From contig CAXUWE010000001.1 in assembly GCA_964255105.1 (NCBI GenBank), positions 51,426-71,425 of the forward strand: a stretch of 20,000 nt of DNA, read 5' to 3'. Position numbers and translations under genes: made by a program. The stretch comes from Porpidia crustulata. Its lineage: Eukaryota. Below are positions 1 through 9,191 of this stretch, piece by piece; the stretch's first letter is position 1; every line of letters begins with the position of its first letter. The notes under the pieces were generated by a model. That model ran no database searches. It worked only from the letters and a program-made list of their open reading frames with translations, and was not told where the DNA came from.

Positions 1-491
1 AGGTGCTGGCCGAGTTTGATGAAAATAGACCCATTTTGCTCTAGGGCTCGAAGCGTTCGTTCGGCGCAGCGTTTGTGACAGGCCTTGAGCAAGGACGAGT
101 ATTGTGCTTCACTGTCTGCTTCATGATTCAAGGTTTTGCGATAACTATACGTAAGAATATTCAGTGATTGATGCACTCGATGCGATTTCCTGGATTCTAG
201 TACCCACTCGTTCATACAGAGCGCCAGCGTTCTGATTACTCGTCCAGTCCTTTGAACCCCAATGTACGTATGTTTGATGTCATCTGGAAAGGCCAGTGCA
301 GTCCCTGCCCCAAGCATTCCACTCGCCGTTGCTAGGAAAAGAACGCGCTTCAGGCTCTTCGAGCGAACTTTTTTGGCGGCTGTTGCATAACTGGCATTCT
401 GCGAAACCCGTGGGCGTTTTCCACGCAAGCATTTCGAGCATATCCAGGGAAGACTGTAAGCAGCTGTGAACGCCGGTGCTAATTTTCTCAT
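1..491 (-). CDS. ABC1/UbiB-family atypical protein kinase (ADCK1/MCP2-like), mitochondrial; 5' part only, continues past position 1
   Basis: Absent from the ORF track because it runs off the edge. Exon 1 is 491-208 (ATG; MRKLAPAFTAAYSLPWICSKCLRGKRPRVS..., a basic presequence-like N-terminus, then hydrophobic VLFLATASGMLGAGTALAF). Intron 207-145 (GTGGGT...TATAG, 63 nt). Exon 2 is 144-1: YRKTLNHEADSEAQYSSLLKACHKRCAERTLRALEQNGSIFIKLGQHL, containing the UbiB-family KxGQ signature. Confidence 0.9.
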   Translation of the reverse strand, partial: MRKLAPAFTAAYSLPWICSKCLRGKRPRVSQNASYATAAKKVRSKSLKRVLFLATASGMLGAGTALAFPDDIKHTYIGVQRTGRVIRTLALCMNEWVLESRKSHRVHQSLNILTYSYRKTLNHEADSEAQYSSLLKACHKRCAERTLRALEQNGSIFIKLGQH

Positions 492-784
492 TCTCTTCTT
501 TAGGGTAGATATTGATAATCCGGTCTATCTCTAACTTAGAACGATGAGCACAAGTACTATATGGGTATCAAAGTATTGTACTTGTACGAGTTATATAAGA
601 CGGCTGAACCCGAGCCGATCCTTGCTACCCGTACCGCATGATATACCAACCAACCACAAACGTTCCATCCTGATGACTCCAAAAATTGAAGCCAATCCAG
701 CTAGGAGAGCCATGAACTCAGCAAACCGTCAAAGTCTACTTTAAGTCTTTCCCACAATTCTTGACTCCCTGTAATCCCTTCGAC

Positions 785-1111
785 ATGATGGGAAGGAGTT
801 TCCACATAAATTCCAAAACCATCGTTACCCCCATCGCAGCATTCACCATGGCGTGTCTACTCTATGTCTACGCTCGCTCATCTATCAGAGCTGCGAAACG
901 GAACGCTGAGCGCGTACGCTCAGCCGACGGAGGGCAGATCAGTTGGCGCAATGAAAGTCTGAGGCGGCATGGTGCGCTGGAAAGGCCTGAAGAGCAAGAA
1001 ACGTTCAGAGAACTAGTGACAGGCGCCAAGAATAAAGATGCAAATGTTGTCGGACAGGCCGTGAAGAGGACTATAGAAGAAGAGAGATCCAGAGCAAGGA
1101 AGGCGAGGTAG
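785..1111 (+). CDS. Small uncharacterised protein (~108 aa) with one N-terminal hydrophobic helix
   Basis: ATG at 785 (second ATG at 788) within track ORF 761-1111. Hydrophobic TIVTPIAAFTMACLLYVY is followed by ARSSIRAAKRNA...GGQISWRNESLRRHG and a charged tail. It is divergent from the ABC1 gene. It resembles a conserved fungal hypothetical protein by my recall, which I have not verified. Confidence 0.7.
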   Translation: MMGRSFHINSKTIVTPIAAFTMACLLYVYARSSIRAAKRNAERVRSADGGQISWRNESLRRHGALERPEEQETFRELVTGAKNKDANVVGQAVKRTIEEERSRARKAR

Positions 1112-1715
1112 AGGAAAAGAAGAAAGCCTATCAATTATAGGCAACGGAGGCCCATATGGGCCAGGCGGAGCCAAAGATTGCTAATATCAAAAAATCATCC
1201 ATGAAGCTACATTCCGTGGGTTTGGAGAGCCGCCAAGTTCTGATGTTAAACCCCAACCAAACGGCTCTAGTATGACGATTGGTCTGCGTCGAAATACATA
1301 CTACTAGTTTGAGTCGCTATTATGGACTGACTGGTACCCAATGATCAACATTCAATATATCTTATCTAAGGAAGACTGCCAGATGATGTAGTTCAAAGCC
1401 ACTGACAACAATCATATTTGGCATGCAGTCAGCAAGTCCAAGAAAGTTTGGAGTTCAGTAGTACAAATAGCTTGCTCAAATCCGACTCAACGTTTATGAT
1501 CAATGACCTCCTAATCCTGATCATTTCTCTTTGATCAGAACGCCTTGCACCGTGACTGATGCCCTGGCAACGCCCCGAACAATTCTGCATCCTTAGCTTA
1601 CGTATTCCACAATAGCTTAAGAATACGCCAAAAATTCCAAGCCGCCAGCTTTACAGGAGACAACACAATGAATGAAATGGAATGCAACTTGTAATTAGTG
1701 GGCTTTACCTAGCGT

Positions 1716-2968
1716 CTAGATTGTAGGCTGCCCAGCAGTATTGAGTTTGGCCTCTCCTTCGCGTCGCAGCTGAATAGCTGACTTTTTCAAATATTCAAAA
1801 GTAAGAATCGTGGTCATGGCAGATGGGACTGCTCTTATGAGGTTGGTGCCTAGACCAGCGTAGAAGCCTCGCCAGCCTTCCTCTAGCAGGATCGTCTTAC
1901 AAGTCTGCACCGTACCCCTATAACGCAATCTGTTGACCATACCATCAGAAAACGCACGGTCGGGCGCTCGGAAGCTAGTCTCCTGGTTTCCGAGTACCTT
2001 TCTGAACGTGATTTCTTCCGATGCTTGAGTATGGGCGGATCTTTGTTGTGTTTGCAAGCGTGTTCTGACAACCTCATGGGGGTATGTTGCAGTGCTTGCA
2101 CAGACTTTACTTAAAAACACAGCTAGTGATAAACCATAGAAATGATGTCGTCTATCTTCGTCACTTTCGTTCTCGCCAGTATCGATGCCGGTGAATTTGT
2201 GCTTGAAGACTTCATACAAAGGAAACTGAATCGCGACGTGGGTTAAGCCTAACAGGGCAGGGGTAAGACCAGAATAGAAGGAACGCATTCCTTCGGTCTT
2301 ATACATTTTCCGTGCGGCATCAAGGGTATTGCGGTAGTGCCATGGAGGTCGTAAATGGTTCTCCATCGATCTAGAGCTAGACTGTGACATCAGCCTCGTC
2401 TTAATGACCCAGATCGGGTTCGTTGCCATGGTAGAACAAGCTCCTGCAGCGAGCGAGGCATACACGTTCGCAAGAAACCAATTATCTATGAAAGGCGTCA
2501 GCCAAAAATTCTCACATGCAGTCTTTTAAGCCTACTTGTCTTGGTCCTGCAGTAGGCTTGGGCTTTGTTGTAGACTGTTAAGTAGACGGCCCAGGTGGGA
2601 ACGTAGCCCAGTAACATTGGTCCGAGGCCCCGATACATTCCTCTAATTCCCTCTTCTCTCCATATGATTTCAGCTGTACCCACAACACCCCGGTACGTTG
2701 TGGTACTAAGCTTGGCCCCATCTCCAAGGATTTTGAATCCCCCTTGAGCTTGTAACTTCGTTTTTATCACATCGAGCGGGCAGCTCACTAAGCCTGAGAT
2801 CGCCCCAGCAATACCTCCAGCGACTGGCACCACGTAAACTTCGGGAACGCTGATAGCCCAGAGCTCCAGGCGGGATATTGGGGGAATACATCTCCCATCA
2901 TGGTTGTTTCGTGAGGAAGCAGCATTCTGGGAAGCAATTGGAGGTGCTGGCTTTCGGTCGAAGGACAT
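1716..2968 (-). CDS. NDT1: Mitochondrial carrier (SLC25), NAD+ transporter NDT1/YIA6-like
   Basis: Exon 1 is 2968-2536 (MSFDRKP...). Intron 2535-2486 (GTAGGC...GCTGAC...CATAG, 50 nt). Exon 2 is 2485-1716 and the junction reads KTNNWFLANVYASLAAG. Three carrier signatures are present: PLDVIKTKLQ, PIWVIKTRLM, PHEVVRTRLQ. The W in place of D/E in repeat 2 and LGYVPTWAVY point to the NAD+/folate/FAD subfamily. Confidence 0.88.
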
Positions 2969-3420
2969 TTCTAATTGAACCGAAGTCACGGTTCTCGGTA
3001 TCAAATCATTTGTAACCTTCTACCTTAGGAGCTTGCTATCAGAGCCCTTATGATATGTCCACCGCCGGCCTCGGACTGTTGAGAAGTACCCCGCAGCACT
3101 TCAGAAGTAAAACTCGTTAGCGATTGGGCCTCTTCATATTGTCAGAAGCTGTGAAAGGGCCACGGGGTATCTCGGAATGGTGCCTATCCCCAATTGCTGG
3201 TAAATCTTGACGTGGTAAAGGAATCGTTGTGATTACATTGGGAGTCCTAACGCACTCGAATGCGCACTGCAGTTCTGAGGTAAGCCGCTAATGACTGTCG
3301 GCTGTATAAATACCAGTAGCTAGCAGTCTAGGGAATGATACCGTTTTGTTAGTGTTTTGCCAATTTACCGACCTGTAGAACATCATCCTCGCATCTGATC
3401 TCCTCTGTCAGTGTGTAATT

Positions 3421-4052
3421 ATGTCGGCGCCTTCTTTGACCAAATTTATCGTCAAACGGCCATGGTTGAAGAGGTGGATGACGCCATTAGCAAAGTGGTA
3501 CGCCGACGCCGCCGGATATAGGAAGCTTGGTTTGAGGTAGAGATATCTGTTCGATCGACGTACAACGCTCCTTTGGCGTATATGATTTGATGCATAATAG
3601 CTCAAGTCTCACTGATAAGTATATTGACGAACTTTATGCTAATATTGGGACCAATGAAGAGCCGATGACCTGATCCCAGAAGAGTCCGACACTGTTCTCC
3701 TGGCCTTGAAGCGCTTACCCCCAAAAGAAGCGTATGACCGAGTCTTTCGTCTGAGGAGAGCTTTTCAGGTTTGATTTACTCCTGGAAGATGATCATCAAA
3801 ATCCACTTACATTGGGTTAACGATGGCCAGTGTTCTCTCGCACACCAATTGCTTCCTAAGGATCAGCAGACGAAGCCACACGAGGTACAACTCCCACTTT
3901 TTTAAATATATAATAAGTATTTTGAGATCACCTACTAAGGTGTACAAAAGGACTATCCATATTTGTCACCTATCATACAGGAAATTGAGGCGGAGTCCAA
4001 AGAACGTGGGGACTTGGAAGCTATGGTTGTCGGGCAGAGAAAGAAGTCATAG
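3421..4052 (+). CDS. QCR7: Ubiquinol-cytochrome c reductase (complex III) subunit 7, 14 kDa
   Basis: Missed by the ORF track because it has four short exons: 3421-3536, 3660-3768, 3831-3884 and 3951-4052. Spliced product: MSAPSLTKFIVKRPWLKRWMTPLAKWYADAAGYRKLGLRADDLIPEESDTVLLALKRLPPKEAYDRVFRLRRAFQCSLAHQLLPKDQQTKPHEDYPYLSPIIQEIEAESKERGDLEAMVVGQRKKS*. GYRKLGLRxDDLI and ALKRLP...YDRxFR are Qcr7 hallmarks. Confidence 0.96.
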
Positions 4053-4379
4053 GATTGACTTGAGATAGAATATTTGGTCAAACCAAGCCTGAGAAACTGT
4101 ACTTTGTTGTACATAGAGCTGAGTTGCGCTAGATTCAAGGGAGGGTAGGGTTCTATTTTGTTCGAGCACACTTCGCTGGATTCTCAGGACATTATCCAAG
4201 TAAAGGAAAAATATTACTACTAGGTAGATCCTGATCCTAGTGGGTTGTTGCAGCGACACTCGCCTACTAACCTGCTGCCTACCACTTGCATGTGCTCAAT
4301 TGAAACTTTTTCAAACAGCCCTTTCTCATTGCTCAACCATAAGTCTCTTCGTCTCTTCGCTCATTAATCACCTACACTG

Positions 4380-5626
4380 CTAAACACTCTCCACAGCTTC
4401 TAAATCTACGTCTCCGACTCTCCACATATACCACATAAATAGACTTCTATGAAAAGTTAGCCCTCGATGGTAATGTTATCATTAAAGTGGATCACAAGTG
4501 TACCTGTAAGGAGAAAATTTTGCAGAGTAGTCAAGCATCTCCCGCTCAGACATGTACTTCCACTTTCCCCCTCCCTTGGCTTTCAGTTTGTTCACATCTT
4601 TACCCATAAAAGCAGCCATACCGCGTCTGGAAAGGTTGAGCTCAATAACAGCGCAAAATGAATGGAATCTTACTGTACTCCTAGGTCGCCGGTTGAGAAG
4701 ACGTCCATCCTCTTTAGTCCGAAGCAGGCAAACATCTCAACAGACCATTTCCCCAATCCTCTTATAGCTGTCAATCTATCCATGACTTCCTCATCTGTGG
4801 CTTTGATCAGCATTGCAGCACTAAGCTCCGAACTTGCGAATTTCTCGGCAAGCCCCTTAATATATTCTACTTTTCTCCCAGACAGCCCAGCTTGGCGTAA
4901 GTAGCTAACTTCACAGGTAGCTATTTGTGCTGGCGTGGGGAAGAAGTCTTCCTCAAACACTGCATCTTCGGCAGGCGCTTGCCGAAACAGTCCTATAAAG
5001 CGGTTCTTGATTGCTTTCGCCGCTGGTCCCGACACCTGCTGGGCCATTATCCCACTGCACAGATTGCGGAATGGGTCGACCACTTCCGCTAAACCTTCAG
5101 TAGAGAACGTGTGGCAGTAGTGTTTCAATATTAGTGGCTGTAGCCTTGGATCTACTCTAATAAGATGATTACATGCTTCATCCAAAATTGTTCCAGTTGT
5201 CATTGTTGATACTGGACCGCCTGGCTTAGAGGGAGACGGACCTCCTATTTTGCTGGGGCATGCCACATGTCCGGACCCTCGAGGAGTCCTTAGTGGGGCG
5301 TTTGTACTATATGGCTCCGCTGGTCGATTGAAAGGTACATCTTCAGGTTTCTCAACCTTGGGGCTTGCCTTGACAGTATCAGCATCTACTTCGGTAGTCG
5401 TATTTCTTGATGTTGCCGGCGAACGAAGCTTTGTTTTTTTAGAAGGTGGACCATTTACTACAGAGATGTGGATTTCGGACTCTTGGGCCATATGTTGATG
5501 CCCCATATCGGTTACTGTGCTCCCCTTTCTCTTAATATTAGAGGCTTTACGATCACGGCTGTTGCAGGATTGAGAGGTCTCGGAGACAGTATGCACGCTG
5601 CTCCGCAGTATTCGCCTCAACGACAT
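4380..5626 (-). CDS. MAG1: DNA-3-methyladenine glycosylase (HhH-GPD, AlkA/Mag1 family)
   Basis: Exons are 5626-4674, 4626-4504 and 4446-4380. Introns are 4673-4627 (GTAAGA...CCAG) and 4503-4447 (GTACAC...CTAAC...CATAG). Motifs: IMAQQVSGPAA, LRQAGLSGRKVEYI, HhH LTAIRGLGKWSVEMF, catalytic D in GDLGVQRG, C-terminal FSPYRSLFMWYMW. The N-terminus is long, basic and low-complexity, with an NLS-like PPSKKTK. Confidence 0.93.
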
Positions 5627-6199
5627 TATTAAACGCGGACCGTGATACAGAATGTTTTAGATTCTTAGATCGTCTTCATGAGTAGATGGGATTTAGAAAG
5701 CCACACACAGAGTAATTGTGACGCGCAATGGAACGTTGTTCTTATGATTGATCGATATATCATGGGAACTCCTTGAGGCTCCGATATTGCAGAAGGTAAC
5801 GCAGCGGATTTGATTTCTTGATAAAGACGTCGCGAACTACCTGTTCTGTATACCTCAATCTCGATACCTCGTCTTCATGTGCGTGAAGTCTGTAGTACTA
5901 AGGTATATTGTCACGTACATAGGTACTTGGCATTTTCTGCTTTTTTGACCAATACCTAGGTAGATGCTTACCTAGGTGAGTCATCCAATCGCATTTCTTC
6001 CGCTGGCAGCCGAGGCGTATAGATTTATGAGGTAGTAATATACGTCAGAGTATCAATACCTAAGAAGATCGATATTGTAACCGATCAAGGGGACAGAGCG
6101 TTGAAGTATTTCATTTTTTGATTCTTCCTAACCTTTTTCGACACTATCTACTCGTTCCTCCCGCTCAACGGTCCATACTCTTCAACGGACCACTGCACA

Positions 6200-6236
6200 T
6201 AGGGTTAGGGTTATATCTACTAGTTTTGGTTAGGGT
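6200..6236 (+). repeat. Interstitial telomeric-type repeat tract
   Basis: TAGGGTTAGGGTTA at 6200-6213 and GGTTAGGGT at 6228-6236, in the MAG1/ECM33 divergent intergenic region. The sequence is seen directly; its function is unknown. Confidence 0.6.
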
Positions 6237-7648
6237 AGTCCGTTTAATTACACTCCCACACTCCATCTGGAGTAGCCGGCCCTTGTTTAGCTAGCTTGTC
6301 ACCTGCGTTTACAGTCTTTCTGAGAACTAAGATGTTTATTATAGAAGAAGGTAGGTAGTTGCTGATATATAATAGTTGCAAGCCTCAACCGTGCAAACAT
6401 AATCTCCGCTCCCGTAGATCTAAATTCGACGGCGCTTTCAAGTCAAGAGACTCCCAGTAGAGCATGTTTAGATGTAGGTACTGAGAAGAGTTACAAGGTA
6501 GGTACTCATAGTAAGCCACTACGCCGTATGGACATGTCCGTTCTACTATACTCAATCCCTACCGAGTGCTCTGGCTGAATTATAACCAGTGCGCAATTAT
6601 CAAGATTGTGACGGTAAAATACATAATATTTGTACAAGGTGAATGACAGATTGATAGCTAGGTTACCTATTGAATTGATAATACCGATCTTTGAGAACAT
6701 CAAAGGGGGGGCAATATTAAACGAATTATCAACATTATTACTATCTATCAATCTCTTAGTGTCTGTACGAAGCACGTATTTATGAAAGTATGATATCGAC
6801 ATGACAATTGCTGGCAGCTGCTTGTTCCACTCCTTTCCAGAGGGTTATCTTGATTCATGCAAGATTTCAAGTGCAAACGTTGCGCAGGAGGTAAATATAT
6901 TTTTCTCAACCAATTCACGTATCGCCTTGCCGCGTTCATACGCACTCAGGTCACAAGATGCTATCACTGGAGGAACCCAACTGCTCAGAAGACTTCTATA
7001 TCAATGGAACTTACTGCTCACACATCAGGCAGTCCATCAGGCAGACTTTCGCAGGCTCTGTCGGGGATACGTATCACAGTAGTGTCCCAGTAAGGACGAG
7101 GAAGCGGCTTTGGTTGATCTGTATTCGGCTTATCGAACCAATCATATATGCTTGATAGGAGGCCGCAAGAAAATTTGGACAAAATCCTGATTATAGTTAG
7201 AGCCTTGGCTTCCCTTGGCTACCATAGGTGAAGATTGCAATAAATTAATCATAATTCATTGAAGATGCGCGTCCGGGGGCAAGTGCAAGGGTGTGAAGAA
7301 GAGTTTCATTACCCATCTCCTCCTTTCCTTTTTCGCTTCCCTTCCTTCCAAAATTGCCCTTCATCTACCATCAACAACACCACTTCCCTCCTCCCTCAGC
7401 TTGTACTTTTCCTGTCGTTCTCTCTAATACAATCATCTTCTCTCTGGCCGCGCCTTCCTCTGAGGTGTCGCAACTCCACGTTGAGTGACTCGTAATTAAT
7501 CCAGTCGTTTTCTGCCTTCTACTTCCTCACGTTCACTCCATCCATTCCAACAACACTTCTCCCACAACTCTTTCATCTCCCACCACTTTTGCATCCAAGC
7601 TACATCATCACCCGCCTTCACATTATACATTTTAATTTGCTGCCTCGA

Positions 7649-7783
7649 GTAAGTTGCCATCCAAATTGCCACTCACCAAAACCATTCATGTGGATTCGGT
7701 TGCTTTGTACCGGACTTCCAACCCATCACATTGCACCACAATCACCATCCATTGACACAAGAGCTGATCTTTCCCATCTGCAG
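7649..7783 (+). other. Probable 5'-UTR intron of ECM33
   Basis: Consensus donor GTAAGT at 7649, branch-like GCTGAT at about 7763, then a pyrimidine tract and CTGCAG acceptor ending at 7783, 28 nt before the ATG at 7812. It is preceded by a long CT-rich leader/promoter (about 7310-7640). Confidence 0.7.
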
Positions 7784-7811
7784 CTATCATAATCAAGCAT
7801 TATCACCAGCA

Positions 7812-9191
7812 ATGGCGTTTCTCAAGTTCATCCTATCGGCCGTTGTTTTCGCAAGCACTGTTCTAGGTAAGAAATTCACCCCGTATTGTCAAGGCTTTCC
7901 AAGAAGTTCGATGCTTTCTCTGTATCCTCGCACAGCTTCGACATCAGGGCTGATTCTTCTGGATCCAGCTGATTGCAGTACCTCTGGAACCCTGACTGTT
8001 ACTGCCACGGCGGACGCTTCTGCATTGGCTTCTTGTTCCACATACAGCGGTTCCGTCTCTATCCCGTCAAGCTTTTCGGTAGCTCCAGGACCCGACGGAC
8101 ATCAATCACTCTCTATTGATGGTGTAAAGCGAATCACTGGTAACCTCACAGTCACCAATGCCGTCAATTTAGCCGGTCTTTCGCTTGGTAACCTTCAACA
8201 GCTGGGTGGCCTCGATCTAAACAATTTGACCGTGCTAGCCACGCTCAACGCGCCCCAATTGACACAAGTCGATACTTTGAGCTTCACGGCCCTTCCAGCG
8301 CTCCAGCTGCTTGGTTTCACAACTGGGCTGACGAAGGCCATCAGCGTCTTAATCACCAACACTGGTTTAAGTAATCTAATGGGCATTAGTACCCTACAGC
8401 AGGTTGACATTTTCAACGTCAACAACAACCCAGCTTTGACCAACATAAGCTTACAAGTGACAAGCATCAAGAAGTCATTGGACATCGAGGCCAACGACGG
8501 CTATATTTCGGGTCTATCAACTTCCTTCCCAATGCTCCAGACTGCACAGAACATGACTTTCCGAAATTGTAGTGATGTGCAGCTGCCAGCTCTCGTCAAT
8601 GTTACCCAGGATCTGGGTTTCTATGACAACGCGTTTACCTCCTTCACTGCCCCTAATCTCACAACTGCTGGTGGTCTTGTCTTCGTTAACAATATGCAAT
8701 TGACCAATATTTCTATACCCCAGCTTACTTCTATCAACGGGACCTATCAGATTGCCAATAATACACAGCTGAAACAGATTAACGGGTTTACGAAGTTATC
8801 AGTCGTGATAGGTGCTTTAGATTTCAGCGGGAATTTTACGGAGTATGTCATCTATTTCGCTGATGAGTTTGCTACTGTAGGTCCTTTGCTAATCTATCGC
8901 AGTGTCCAGCTACCTGGCTTGACCCAGATCCAGGGTGCCTTCAATATGCAGACCTCAGGCCAATTCGACTGCTCTGCTTTTGCGAAGGACCATGATAATA
9001 AAGTTATTAAAGGAAAATATGTTTGCCAGGGCAGTGAAACCAAGCCTGGTACTGCAGGGACTTCAGCTTCAGGCACCAGTAGCGGTTCTTCTGCTTCTCC
9101 TACTAGCTCTGCTGGTCGGTTTGAAGTGTGTTTCACCACCATCGCGGGAGGGTTTTCTATCGTCGCGGGACTGCTACAGTTCATCCTCTAG
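7812..9191 (+). CDS. ECM33: GPI-anchored cell wall organisation protein Ecm33 (Ecm33/Pst1/Sps2 family, receptor L-domain-like)
   Basis: ATG at 7812 with signal peptide MAFLKFILSAVVFASTVLA. Exons are 7812-7866, 7969-8842 and 8903-9191. Introns are 7867-7968 (GTAAGA...GCTGAT...CCAG) and 8843-8902 (GTATGT...GCTAAT...GCAG). Leu/Asn-rich LxxL repeats, IANNTQL...GALDFSGNF, FDCSAF...IKGKYVC, an S/T/G-rich stalk and a hydrophobic C-terminal GPI signal. Confidence 0.93.
   Translation: MAFLKFILSAVVFASTVLGKKFTPYCQGFPRSSMLSLYPRTASTSGLILLDPADCSTSGTLTVTATADASALASCSTYSGSVSIPSSFSVAPGPDGHQSLSIDGVKRITGNLTVTNAVNLAGLSLGNLQQLGGLDLNNLTVLATLNAPQLTQVDTLSFTALPALQLLGFTTGLTKAISVLITNTGLSNLMGISTLQQVDIFNVNNNPALTNISLQVTSIKKSLDIEANDGYISGLSTSFPMLQTAQNMTFRNCSDVQLPALVNVTQDLGFYDNAFTSFTAPNLTTAGGLVFVNNMQLTNISIPQLTSINGTYQIANNTQLKQINGFTKLSVVIGALDFSGNFTEYVIYFADEFATVGPLLIYRSVQLPGLTQIQGAFNMQTSGQFDCSAFAKDHDNKVIKGKYVCQGSETKPGTAGTSASGTSSGSSASPTSSAGRFEVCFTTIAGGFSIVAGLLQFIL

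Noticed and set aside
3537..3659. Possible nested (stwintron) structure in the long QCR7 intron 1, using an internal ACTGAT-AAG
   Set aside because: The internal branch-like word abuts the AG, the rebuilt outer donor would be poor (GTATAT), and the product would lose the conserved GLRADD. One ordinary intron explains the sequence.
6200..6213. Telomerase RNA template at the TTAGGG tract
   Set aside because: The tract is more than two repeats long, only about 570 nt remain on the minus strand before the MAG1 ATG, and I found no recognisable pseudoknot. It is kept only as a possible protein-binding site.
6506..7155. Overlapping short ORFs (65-98 aa) in the MAG1-ECM33 intergenic region, and a possible transposon remnant in the AT-rich part
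   Set aside because: No recognisable domain, terminal repeat or consistent exon structure. A degenerate element cannot be excluded without a database search.
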